Shown piece after piece: positions 18,803-28,115 of a stretch of 32,000 nt of DNA. The notes under the pieces are model-generated. The model ran no database searches, was not told the DNA's origin, and was given only the letters and a program-made list of their open reading frames with translations. This DNA comes from Erysipelothrix inopinata (GTDB taxonomy: Bacteria; Bacillota_I; Bacilli_A; Erysipelotrichales; Erysipelotrichaceae): the NCBI RefSeq assembly GCF_014396165.1, contig NZ_CP060715.1:2185553-2217552 (forward strand), written 5' to 3'. The translations under genes and the position numbers were made by a program. Position 1 is the stretch's first letter. Each line of letters begins with the position of its first letter.

Positions 18803-20002
18803 TTACTCAACAACACCGTCTTGAATTTGTGAAACCATTTTATCGAGAAGTGTCTTCATTGAATCTTGATTTTTATCTTCAAGTGCAAGTCCGAATGCTT
18901 CTGCTGGTTTCCAGAAACTTCCAAGAACATCATTTTGACTGTGTGCAAATGGTGCTTGATCAGCAAGAGCTTTTAAAGCTACGTTAGCTGCGACATCTGG
19001 ATTTGCTGCTGCTTTAATATTTGAAGGTCCGAGTTCTTGTTTTTTGAATCGAGCTAATTGGCTTTCTTCATTCGTTAAGAATTCTGCAAGAGCTAATGCA
19101 TCCACTGGGTTCTTAGTATTCTTCTTGACTCCCATGAGTTTGTAACCACCAAAGCTAGCCATTTGAACTTCTTTACCATCTAATGTGTATGATGGAAGTT
19201 TAGCTGCTGCATAGTTGTCACCAAGTTTTTCACTGACACCTTTTGCTACCCATGATCCGGAAACACCAGCTGCAATGGTATCACCCATTCCTGCTTGTAA
19301 GATTGCGTCATCACCAGTAATAAATGCAGGTGATGCTGTGAACTTACGGATAACTTCCCCAACTTTTACACCTGTTTCGTTATTAAAGTCTAAGACTTGT
19401 TTACCATCTTTGATTTCGATTTTATTGCCTGCTCCTAAGAAGAAACTTGCGATATACCAACCGTTTGATACATCCATAAAGATTTTCTTATTTTTTTGTT
19501 CTGCAGCTTTAATCATTGCATCAAGAGATTTCACATCTTCTTCTGAGAAGACTGATTTGTCATAATACATGAAGTAACCATTATCTGCTGTCATTGGATA
19601 TGCGTATAATTTATCATTCAATGTTGCGGATTCAATTGATCCTTCGACATTATCTTTCACCACTTGTTCTTTATTTTTTGTAATTTCATAAAGTGCGCCT
19701 GCTTCAACTAAATCTTTGAGTTGATCATTTGCGAATGCAAATACGTCTGCAGCTGCATCCAAGTCTTGAGTTACCATATCACGTGCGTCTGGTTCTCCTA
19801 CAACTTTGATTTCAATTTCATATTTCTTGTCCGGGTTGGCTTTCTTAAATGCTTCAACTCGTTCTGTTAAGAGTTCTTGTGACTCTTGGGATCCCCATAC
19901 TTTTAGATTCACTGTTTCATTGGATGGTTTCTTTTGTCCTGAACATCCTGCTACAGCGAGTACAACAAATAATGTTGCAAAAACCTTCATAAATCGTTTC
20001 AC
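18803..20002 (-). CDS. malE: maltodextrin-binding lipoprotein (ABC substrate-binding protein)
   Basis: Lipobox LAVAGC. A GTG start at 20002 (GGAGG 8 nt upstream) gives MKRFMKVFATLFVVLAVAGCSGQ. The alternative ATG at 19990 is 20 nt from the RBS. Confidence 0.88.
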   Translation of the reverse strand: MKRFMKVFATLFVVLAVAGCSGQKKPSNETVNLKVWGSQESQELLTERVEAFKKANPDKKYEIEIKVVGEPDARDMVTQDLDAAADVFAFANDQLKDLVEAGALYEITKNKEQVVKDNVEGSIESATLNDKLYAYPMTADNGYFMYYDKSVFSEEDVKSLDAMIKAAEQKNKKIFMDVSNGWYIASFFLGAGNKIEIKDGKQVLDFNNETGVKVGEVIRKFTASPAFITGDDAILQAGMGDTIAAGVSGSWVAKGVSEKLGDNYAAAKLPSYTLDGKEVQMASFGGYKLMGVKKNTKNPVDALALAEFLTNEESQLARFKKQELGPSNIKAAANPDVAANVALKALADQAPFAHSQNDVLGSFWKPAEAFGLALEDKNQDSMKTLLDKMVSQIQDGVVE

Positions 20003-20080
20003 TTCTTGTTCCTCCTCACGATTAGGAAATCGTTTTCGTAATCTTATTATAACAAGCATTTCTAAAATGTAAAGCCTTTC

Positions 20081-20111
20081 TGTATCCGTTTACAATATTT
20101 ATCCGATTATA
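20081..20111 (-). promoter_or_regulatory. malEFG promoter -10 box with downstream cre/MalR-type operator
   Basis: The minus strand has TATAAT (20111-20106), then 11 nt later TGTAAACGGATACA (20094-20081). This fits the cre pattern TGNAANCGNWNNCA. No good -35 box is seen. Confidence 0.5.
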
Positions 20112-20195
20112 TTAAACGCACTAAATAGAGGATGATAGCAATATAACTGCATTTTACCCAAATATAGATTGAAATTTTAAATTTAAAATACTACA

Positions 20196-20243
20196 CAAAA
20201 AAAGAAGGTTTCATCACAATCTTGTGAACTCTGCCTTCTTTTT
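20196..20243 (-). terminator. intrinsic terminator after the amylase-pullulanase operon
   Basis: The RNA reads AAGAAGG...UUCACAA-ga-UUGUGA...CCUUCUU followed by U7. It begins about 13 nt after the pullulanase stop. Confidence 0.7.
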
Positions 20244-20255
20244 ATCAAATATTTT

Positions 20256-22022
20256 TTATTCACCTTCGTGTTGGTTAACGTCAACCCAGGTGGGATGAAT
20301 GGATAGTGTCTGATGACTTCCTACAAATCGAATGGACGCGTGGTCAAAATCAATTCTGTATTCTGGGTTTTCTTTACGGAACTGAATGCAAAATTTAACC
20401 CATTCATGATGATCACGGTACCGGTCAACGTAACTCCAATCAATGTGATTAATCTTATCGGGTAAATTATAAGAATTATTATTTCTTTGCTTATCTCTAA
20501 AGAAACTTTGCCCAATTTGCATGAATGGCACGCCTTTAGATAAAATCACTAAAGCATTAATACTATCAATCACGTTGATGTCTCGATTTAAAATCGCAAC
20601 ACGATCTGCTAACGCATAGTTATCATGACATTCTACATAATTAATACTTTGAGATGGTGATTGGAAAATATTATTACTTCCAAGGACGGACATTTGAATA
20701 TTTGGAGTCAATCCAGTATCTGCGAAGCCAAGTCCGGATCCATCTGTTCGTCCACCTATAACATCTCTAAACTGTTCGTTGAAGTGGCCAACATTTGGCA
20801 TTTTGCGTGAATTAGGAATGCTTGCTTTCATCTGATCACTTAATCCTGATTGCATATGCCAACCTTCTCCATATATATGAAGGTTTGGTAACGCACGTTG
20901 AATTGAATTTAGGGTTTCAATATCCATAATTCCCATGAGATCAAATCTGAAGCCGTCTATATTAAATGTTTCTGCATAGTATTTACAAGTATCCACAATC
21001 ATTTTTCGGACCATGGGGCGTTCTGATGCAATCTCATTTCCACAGTATGTTCCATTTAAGAGATAGTATCCTTCATTATAACGGAAATAGAAATAAGGCA
21101 CTGTTTTATTTAGGGAAGAAGGAAACACTTCATAAATATGGTTAAAGACAACATCGAGGTTAACTCCGATACCGGATTGATGATATCCGTCGACAACATT
21201 TGCGAAATCCTGGATGACTTGAACTGGATTTGTGATGTCGCTACTGTAACTTCCTTCAAGTACCATATACTGCATTGGGTCATAACCCCAGTTATAGTTA
21301 AGGAATGGATTCATTTCATCAACACTTCCAAAGTCATTAACTGGCATCAATTGAATATGACTTACACCCATATCTTCAATATGCCGTTTCCCGTAGTTTC
21401 CATAAGATTCCAACAACCCAAGAAACTTCCCTCTATTTTTAAAGGGTACATTTGGATCCATACTAAAATCACGAACTTGAGTTTCTAAGATTACTCCTTT
21501 ACGTGGTTTTAGTGGTACGACATTTAAGTTGAGTTGTTTAAAATCAACAACAACACTTGCGACCCCATTTGGGAGTGATGCTTTCGAATACACATCCGTT
21601 GTAACGTGAATATCTCCATTTACATGAACAACATATGAATATGAAACATTGTGTAGGTTCTTTGCAACTTTATGCGTATAAACGCCATTCGGTTTGCGTA
21701 GCATTAGATGTTTCTTATTATGATAGGATACAAACACTTTTGTCGCTGTAGGCGCATATAAATTGAATGTTGTTTGATCATTTTCAACATAACTTCCCAG
21801 TCGTTCTTCTGTCGCATCATATGTTTTCGCAAACCAGTCAGTATGAACAATACCACGATGAATAATAGGATACTCTCGCCCACACTCATCGGTTACAAAA
21901 TGTTCTTGCCCTAATTCAAGATTGGGTATTTTCCCATCGATTACTTCAACGTCTTTATAAAATATCTTTCTGTCCTCACTTGTGACAAGTTGTCCAAGAT
22001 TATCATAAAATACTTTCATCAC
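20256..22022 (-). CDS. type I pullulanase / debranching enzyme (GH13), cytoplasmic
   Basis: Signature YNWGYDP plus GFRFDLMG, YGEGW and YVECHDN. No signal peptide (MMKVFYDNLGQLV). Overlaps the upstream amylase gene by 20 nt. Confidence 0.9.
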   Translation of the reverse strand: MMKVFYDNLGQLVTSEDRKIFYKDVEVIDGKIPNLELGQEHFVTDECGREYPIIHRGIVHTDWFAKTYDATEERLGSYVENDQTTFNLYAPTATKVFVSYHNKKHLMLRKPNGVYTHKVAKNLHNVSYSYVVHVNGDIHVTTDVYSKASLPNGVASVVVDFKQLNLNVVPLKPRKGVILETQVRDFSMDPNVPFKNRGKFLGLLESYGNYGKRHIEDMGVSHIQLMPVNDFGSVDEMNPFLNYNWGYDPMQYMVLEGSYSSDITNPVQVIQDFANVVDGYHQSGIGVNLDVVFNHIYEVFPSSLNKTVPYFYFRYNEGYYLLNGTYCGNEIASERPMVRKMIVDTCKYYAETFNIDGFRFDLMGIMDIETLNSIQRALPNLHIYGEGWHMQSGLSDQMKASIPNSRKMPNVGHFNEQFRDVIGGRTDGSGLGFADTGLTPNIQMSVLGSNNIFQSPSQSINYVECHDNYALADRVAILNRDINVIDSINALVILSKGVPFMQIGQSFFRDKQRNNNSYNLPDKINHIDWSYVDRYRDHHEWVKFCIQFRKENPEYRIDFDHASIRFVGSHQTLSIHPTWVDVNQHEGE

Positions 22023-23415
22023 TATACTCCTCTAATACATATACACTGCATGACTTTGTCTCTACAGGGAAATATCCAATCCCCTTATCGTCAATGGTCA
22101 CGAGTTCAGTTATATGCTCCATTAAGTCTTTAAATCGCTTCCCAGCGTGGTGTTTTCCTACATACATCTTCTTTACAGACTGGTGTCTGTTCGTCATTAC
22201 GATGGCTGCAGGAACATTTCCATCATAACTCCATCCTATCACATGTGCATCGTCAAGCATGTCATAAAGCTCTCCGTCAACACGATGCGACAGCCTCATT
22301 ATTTTAGCTAGCTTTGGAAGTTGCCACATATAATCAGGATAGAATACACAAGGAACTCCTTGGGGACGTAAAAGAATTAATGCGTACGCATGGTAACGAA
22401 ACCATTGCTTAACATAAGATTCTAAAGATTGACCCATCTGTGTATCATGATTATCAACAAACGTGACAGCATAATCTGGTTGTGTTGATACAAGTGTTCC
22501 GTTAAAGATATGTCTCATATCAAAATTATCTTCTAAATAACTCGCAATGTGAAAATTAAAATGAAGCGGAACATCAAACAAGGACATACAGTATTCTGCC
22601 TCTTGCAAGTAATTATGCAATGCACGTAAGTCCGGACTCCAATACTCGCCAACAGCGAATTTTTTTCCAGTTGTATTCATCGCTGACAACCATTGATTAT
22701 AAAAATCAAAGTCAATATGCTTCACCGCATCAATTCGATATCCGTCTAAATTAAAGGTACGAGTGTACCATTGTCCCCACTCTTTGAGATGATTTTGTAC
22801 ATCAGGGTGAGAAACATCAACATCTGCTCCCATGAGGTAATCAAAATTACCAAATTCCTCATCAATGTTATCCGACCAGGTCTTCCCTTTAAAAAGATAG
22901 ATATCTGATTTTTTAGTTCTACAATCAAAATCTACTGCAGTAAAGTGATTATGATTCCACTTAAAATCAGAATACATATTATTTCTGTTTTCGAAATTAA
23001 AGACAGTCCAAGCTTCAATCTGAATATCATCTTTTAAGATTTCTCTATTTCTTGGATTCACAATTGTGGCAGCAACAGCTTCAGTAGCATCTGCTCCCAT
23101 TTTATGGTTCAAAACAATGTCAGCATAAACTTTGATATTGTTTTGATGCAGCGCTTCGATTGCCTTTTGATATTCGTCTTTAGTACCATACTTTGTTCGA
23201 ATCGTATTTTTTTGATCAAATTCACCTAAATCATATAAATCGTAAACTGCATATCCAGTATCTTCAATACCATTTTTTGCTTTATATGCGGGTGGTAACC
23301 ACGACTCTGTAATTCCGTCTTTTTTATATTGATGAGCATTCGCAGCAACTTCATTCCAAAGATTATCCTCAGATTTACTGTACCACTCAAAATTTTGTAG
23401 TAATATTCGCTTCAT
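22003..23415 (-). CDS. cytoplasmic alpha-amylase (GH13)
   Basis: MKRILLQNFEWY..., GYRIDAVKHI, VGEYW and FVDNHDT. No signal peptide. The start at 23415 has GAGGAG 6 nt upstream. Confidence 0.9.
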   Translation of the reverse strand: MKRILLQNFEWYSKSEDNLWNEVAANAHQYKKDGITESWLPPAYKAKNGIEDTGYAVYDLYDLGEFDQKNTIRTKYGTKDEYQKAIEALHQNNIKVYADIVLNHKMGADATEAVAATIVNPRNREILKDDIQIEAWTVFNFENRNNMYSDFKWNHNHFTAVDFDCRTKKSDIYLFKGKTWSDNIDEEFGNFDYLMGADVDVSHPDVQNHLKEWGQWYTRTFNLDGYRIDAVKHIDFDFYNQWLSAMNTTGKKFAVGEYWSPDLRALHNYLQEAEYCMSLFDVPLHFNFHIASYLEDNFDMRHIFNGTLVSTQPDYAVTFVDNHDTQMGQSLESYVKQWFRYHAYALILLRPQGVPCVFYPDYMWQLPKLAKIMRLSHRVDGELYDMLDDAHVIGWSYDGNVPAAIVMTNRHQSVKKMYVGKHHAGKRFKDLMEHITELVTIDDKGIGYFPVETKSCSVYVLEEYSDESIL

Positions 23416-23425
23416 AGTCATCTCC

Positions 23426-23443
23426 TCAGAAAACGTTTTCTGA
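23426..23443 (-). promoter_or_regulatory. LacI-family operator, perfect 18-bp palindrome TCAGAAAACGTTTTCTGA
   Basis: Lies between the -10 box and the RBS of the amylase gene. It shares the core GAAAACGTTTTC with the glgP operator. Confidence 0.6.
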
Positions 23444-23448
23444 CCCTT

Positions 23449-23476
23449 ATTATATCGAAGAGATATCAAAAATCAA
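23449..23476 (-). promoter_or_regulatory. sigma-A type promoter of the amylase-pullulanase operon
   Basis: The minus strand reads TTGATT (23476-23471), 16 nt, TATAAT (23454-23449). Confidence 0.6.
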
Positions 23477-23477
23477 G

Positions 23478-23797
23478 TCAAATGGAATTGAAACCTGCAC
23501 TCATGTCATGAATTACGGAATATTCAATGCAAGTACCAAACAAGAGATGCTCCAAAACACTAAAACAATGATAAAAAAACCTGTCATCGTTTATTGAAAG
23601 AATCGATATTTTTTTATAGTTTAGTTCATAGGCAATTTCAATTTCGGTTGTTTTATTGAACTTTGGTGCGAGAAGTTGATCATATCCAAGCGTAAAATCA
23701 ATAACAAAATATTGGTTATCTCCAGATCCATGCGACGCTCTCCGTAAGCTTTTAGATACCCCACCTTTTTTACTTTACCTAGATAGTTATTAATCAT
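23478..23797 (-). pseudogene. small hypothetical gene (about 106 aa if repaired) interrupted by a 1-nt frameshift
   Basis: An ATG at 23797 (GAGGGA RBS) opens a 57-codon frame, MINNYLGKVKK.... A second frame, offset by one base, stays open for about 100 codons with no start codon (...GGVSKSLRRASHGSGDNQYFVIDFTLGYDQLLAPKFNKTTEIEIAYELNYKKISILSINDDRFFYHCFSVLEHLLFGTCIEYSVIHDMSAGFNSI) down to the TGA at 23480-23478. The span is 320 nt, not a multiple of 3. An A6 run (plus-strand T6 at 23766-23771) sits at the overlap. Confidence 0.35.
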
Positions 23798-23830
23798 TTT
23801 GTCCCTCGCATCTAAGATTGGTCAAGGTTT

Positions 23831-24709
23831 TTAGTTCATCTTACTTGCTTCAAGTTCCATCATTGATACCAAATCATGATAAGAAAGTTTCGGAATAATA
23901 ACATGATTGGCATCATAAGTTTCAAATTCTTGAATGTAATCTGCAAATTTGGAATAAGGTAGTGAGAAGTCAAGAACCTTAAAATTATCCTCACTATCTA
24001 CAAAATGTATTCGCGCATTAGGGAGTGCTGATTCAAACATTTCTCCTTGTGCTCCAAATGGAAGAAATGCTCTTCGAGGCCCAACAGATATTGTCATCGT
24101 TGTGTAGACATAACGCATAATGACTTCGTCTTGGTCATTTTTGTAAAATGCGGGCGCCATGTAATAGTAATCCCAGTTTTGACAACGATCAAGATAGGAA
24201 GTGTATGCTTTCATAAACTCATCCTCAGAGAGATTTTCGAATAATCTAAAATCCACATCAATCGGATTCATCACTGCAAAAATGGTGGAAACGCCTCTTT
24301 CTATGTTCTCTACAAGTGTACGACGGTTAAATGCGAGTTCAAATTCTCTTGCAGCTTTGATATCTTTGATGTCTTTCAATGTTGTGCCATCTTCATCGAG
24401 AATTGGATGGATATTACACTGCATCATACAATCTAAAAAATCATAAACATTGTTGATATCATCGTCAGTTGCAAAATAGTTCATTGTAAGTTCTAGTTTT
24501 TGTGGGTTTTGTAGATTGATTATAAATCCTCTACCCATCCGCTCTGCTTTATAAACGATAATTTCATTAGGATTGAGTTGGTCTGTAAGTCTACTTCCAT
24601 TATCCCAACTACCGTATTGGAAAGCCCCTTGTGTTACTTTCTTAATTTCTTCAAGCGTAAACTCTTTTTTGAAGAAACCTTTTTTAGTCATGGTATACGT
24701 TTTTGACAT
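23831..24709 (-). CDS. hypothetical cytoplasmic protein, about 292 aa, function unknown
   Basis: A long clean ORF. AGGAG lies 8 nt upstream of the MSKTY start (24709). It is acidic, with no TM segment or signal peptide, and I recognise no catalytic motif. It may belong to a conserved roughly 300-aa Firmicute DUF family; this is not verifiable here. Confidence 0.7.
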   Translation of the reverse strand: MSKTYTMTKKGFFKKEFTLEEIKKVTQGAFQYGSWDNGSRLTDQLNPNEIIVYKAERMGRGFIINLQNPQKLELTMNYFATDDDINNVYDFLDCMMQCNIHPILDEDGTTLKDIKDIKAAREFELAFNRRTLVENIERGVSTIFAVMNPIDVDFRLFENLSEDEFMKAYTSYLDRCQNWDYYYMAPAFYKNDQDEVIMRYVYTTMTISVGPRRAFLPFGAQGEMFESALPNARIHFVDSEDNFKVLDFSLPYSKFADYIQEFETYDANHVIIPKLSYHDLVSMMELEASKMN

Positions 24710-24812
24710 TCTCATATCTCCTACTTCTATAGCATAATTTTAACATGCACATTAAGACCTAACATGACTTTAACCAAATACTCATCAAGTTTTCATAATC
24801 TATACAAAACTT

Positions 24813-24835
24813 TAAAAAAGGTGCCGTAGCACCTT
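24813..24835 (-). terminator. intrinsic terminator after glgA
   Basis: The RNA reads AAGGUGC-UACG-GCACCUU followed by U6. The stem overlaps the glgA stop codon. Confidence 0.75.
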
Positions 24836-26258
24836 ATAGACTTCGATATAAATCACGATAAACACGTGCAGATTCAAGCCAATCAACCTTTTCATTCATT
24901 GCATTGGTTTGAAGTTTCAACATGTATTTCTTGTCACCATAAACACCGAGCGCGCGTTCAATAGCATCATACAAGTCATGTTGTGAAAAATGAGAGAATG
25001 AAACGCCGGTTCCTTCATCAGTATAGACATTATACGATGTGACAGTATCACGTAACCCGCCTGTTTCGTGAACTACAGGTAATGTTGCGTATCGCATTGA
25101 AATCAATTGCGATATACCACAAGGTTCAAATTTAGACGGCATAAGGAAGAAATCACTTCCTGCATAGATTTGATGCGCAAGATTTTCATTGTACCCATTC
25201 GAGAATGAGACATTTTCTGGGAACAAATATGATAGATACGATAAACGATCTTCATAATGGGAATTTCCCGAACCTAAAACAACAACTTGAAGATCCAATC
25301 TCATAATGTCTTCCATGATATCAATCAGGAGGTTAACTCCTTTTTGATCCGTGAGTCTTGTGACCATACCAAATAACGGGATATCTGCATCTTCTTTTAA
25401 GCCCAACGCTTTCTGAAGTGCGAGCTTGTTAGGGGCTTTTGCCTCGAGTGTTTTAATATCATAGTTTGAAACAAGGAGCGGATCTTTTTTAGGGTTCCAC
25501 ATTTTCGTATCGATACCATTCACAATCCCAATTAAATCTGGTTCACGAAGGCGTAAGACCCCATCCATTCTTTCTCCAAATTCCGGTGTAAGAATTTCAT
25601 GAGCGTATGATTCTGAAACTGTTGTAACTTTATCAGCGTAAAAGATACCACCTTTCATAAAGCTCATTCCATCATCAAAATTGACGCTATTATCATAGAT
25701 TAAATCCATTGTTAGACCAAATACATCCGTAAGGACACTTGTTGGGAAGTTTCCTTGGAATGCTAAGTTATGGATCGTATAGACATATTTAATATGAGAA
25801 ATTCGATTATGCCATTTGAATAGTGTTTTTCCTAATACAGGAATCATTCCTGTATGCCAATCATGGCAATGAACCAAATCAAAATCTTCATCATGGTTCA
25901 AAATAAAGTTCATGACTGCTAGTTGGAAAAATGCAAAGCGTGCTCCATCGTCATGATATCCATACAAGCCATCACGTTCAAAATATTGACGATTTTCAAC
26001 AAAGTAAGTTGTAATCGAACCATTAGTATGTGAGAAAATACGAGCTTCTTCATCAAACATACCTTGATTAACTCGAATTGTACGCACATATTCAAAATTA
26101 TCCAAGTTTAAATCGATTACTTTTTGATAGAGTGGCATAATGACACTAACATCAACACTTCGGGTCTTTATTTTTGAAGGTAATGAGCCGACTACGTCTG
26201 CAAGTCCACCACTCTTCACATAAGGTAAGCCTTCACTGGCTGCAAATAAAATATTCAT
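24834..26258 (-). CDS. glgA: glycogen synthase (ADP-glucose type, GT5)
   Basis: MNILFAASEGLPYVKSGGLADVVGSLP contains the K-x-GGL motif. The start at 26258 has AGGAG 5 nt upstream. Confidence 0.92.
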   Translation of the reverse strand: MNILFAASEGLPYVKSGGLADVVGSLPSKIKTRSVDVSVIMPLYQKVIDLNLDNFEYVRTIRVNQGMFDEEARIFSHTNGSITTYFVENRQYFERDGLYGYHDDGARFAFFQLAVMNFILNHDEDFDLVHCHDWHTGMIPVLGKTLFKWHNRISHIKYVYTIHNLAFQGNFPTSVLTDVFGLTMDLIYDNSVNFDDGMSFMKGGIFYADKVTTVSESYAHEILTPEFGERMDGVLRLREPDLIGIVNGIDTKMWNPKKDPLLVSNYDIKTLEAKAPNKLALQKALGLKEDADIPLFGMVTRLTDQKGVNLLIDIMEDIMRLDLQVVVLGSGNSHYEDRLSYLSYLFPENVSFSNGYNENLAHQIYAGSDFFLMPSKFEPCGISQLISMRYATLPVVHETGGLRDTVTSYNVYTDEGTGVSFSHFSQHDLYDAIERALGVYGDKKYMLKLQTNAMNEKVDWLESARVYRDLYRSL

Positions 26259-26287
26259 TGTTTCTCCTTTTTTGTCCAAAAGGACTC

Positions 26288-28089
26288 TTATTTATAAGTA
26301 TCTTTAATAAACATGACTGCTGCGAAAGGAGCAAGTCGTGTTTGAATGCGATGTGGTTGTTGGTGTAGTGGATCATCACTACTATCTATAGCCACATAGT
26401 TCGTCATATTACATCCTTCATATATATCTCTTTCTGAGTTTATCAGTTCAATGTAAGTTCCAGGTTCAGGAACTCCGACATCGTATCGCTCATACGAAAC
26501 AGGTGTCATATTGAGAACGACAATAATCGTTGATTTTGATCCAACACGATAATAGCTATAGATACTTTGGTCGTGATTATCAACTTCAATCCATTTGAAA
26601 CCATTAAAGCCATAATCATTTTCCCAAAGTGCATCATAGTGAGAATAGATATGATTTAAGTCTTGAATATAACGTCTAAAGGAAAGATGCCTTGGATAAT
26701 CGAGCAGGAACCAATCAAGTGGTTTTTCTTCATCCCACTCTCTAAAATGTCCCAATTCATTTCCCATAAAATTTAATTTTTTTCCAGGATGCGTCATCAT
26801 ATAAAGGTAGATATTCTTTGCAAGAGCAAATTTTTGATCGTAATCCCCCACATCTTATCTACGATTGTCTTCTTACCATGTACGACTTCATCGTGAGATA
26901 ACGGCATTAAGAAACGTTCACTATAAAAATAGTACATACTATAGTTGATAAGTTTATGATTATCTTTTTTATAAATAGGATCTAAAACATAATACTCTAA
27001 CGTATCATTCATCCAGCCTAAGTCCCATTTATAGTGAAATCCCAATCCACCTTCAGTCTCGGATTTCGTAACATTCCCGTAATCACTGGAATCTTCTGCT
27101 ATCAACATGACCGTTGGATATTCTTTCTTCAAGATATGATTCATCGTTTTTAAGAAGTGTATTCCGGGTCCATTTTCTCCACGATCTCTATTTCCTTGGT
27201 AATAAATTAAATTTGAAATTGCGTCCATACGAAGCCCATCAATATGGCACATCTCAATCCAATAAGAAACACTCGAAATAAAGAATGTTTGATTCTCTAC
27301 TTTGGAATAATCAAAGTAGTGTGTTCCCCATTCTGATTCTTCATGCATTTCATATTGGTCAGTTCCATCAAAGCAACAAAGTCCGTGTGTGTCTTTAACA
27401 AAATGTACAGGTACAACATCAAGAATGACGCCATATCCATGTTGATGCATGACATCAACGAATTTTTTAAATTGATCTAAAGATCCATAACGACTTGTAA
27501 CCGCAAAAAAGCCAGTTACTTGATAGCCCCACGATCCTAAAAATGGATGTTCAGTTACTGGCATTAACTCAACATGGGTATAATTCATAAATTCAAGATA
27601 TTCTACAAGTTTATAGGCTAGAGATTCATACGTCATATTTTCTTCGTGAATCCACGATCCAAGATGGACTTCATAGATATTCATAGGACGATTAAAATTC
27701 AAGTCTCTATGCTGCATCCAATGTTGGTCATTAAATTGATAACGATAGATATCAACTACTTTACTTGCAAAACCTGGTGACAGTTCATTATAGAAACTGT
27801 ATGGATCTGCTTTTTCAACGTAGCTACCATCTTCTTTAAAGACACCGAATTTATACATATCCCATTCTCTTAATTGAGGTATAAAGAGCTCATAAATTCC
27901 TGAATCACTAATTCGATTCATCCACTTCTCATAGTAGTTCCAGCCATTGAATGACCCCGCTACGCTGACACGCGCAGCATTGGGGGCATAGACCCTAAAG
28001 GTGACACCTTCATCACAGAGGTGCGCTCCAAAGTAGGTATACGCACGATTGTGAGGGTGTTGGCAAAACGATTCAACATCAAACTTCAT
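26288..28089 (-). pseudogene. glgB: 1,4-alpha-glucan branching enzyme, split by a 1-nt frameshift in a G5 (plus-strand C5) run
   Basis: The N-terminal ORF (to 26797) ends ...LSHDEVVHGKKTIVDKMWG, then runs out of frame. The C-terminal ORF resumes at GDYDQKFALAKNIYLYMMTHPGKKLNFMGNE. Together these match the contiguous GlgB motif [22 protein letters not shown]. The switch occurs at ccccc 26845-26849. GH13 motifs GLRMDAISNL, IAEDSS and SHDEV are present. Confidence 0.9.
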
Positions 28090-28115
28090 AAGGTCTCCTT
28101 CATCCAAAGATTGAT

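Noticed and set aside
19215-20072. Plus-strand ORFs of 116 and 88 aa.
   Set aside because: They are antisense to malE, with shadow-ORF composition and no translation signals.
20174-20189. Perfect 16-bp palindrome ATTTTAAATTTAAAAT in the pullulanase-malE spacer.
   Set aside because: It is composed only of A and T in an AT-rich intergenic region, so it is likely low-complexity or UP-element-like sequence rather than a specific site.
20321-24446. Short ORFs at 20321-20515, 21138-21488, 21704-21889, 22746-22928, 24047-24244 and 24201-24446.
   Set aside because: All are nested in alternative frames or antisense within the pullulanase, amylase or hypothetical-protein genes. None has an RBS.
26797-26851. 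Interpreting the two glgB ORFs as a naturally split two-subunit enzyme, or as programmed frameshifting or phase variation.
   Set aside because: The break falls in the middle of a conserved contiguous motif, with no RBS for the downstream part; its GTG start is simply the first in-frame start codon. There is no slippery heptamer or downstream stimulatory structure, and a 5-nt run is short for phase variation. A simple indel, real or technical, is more parsimonious.
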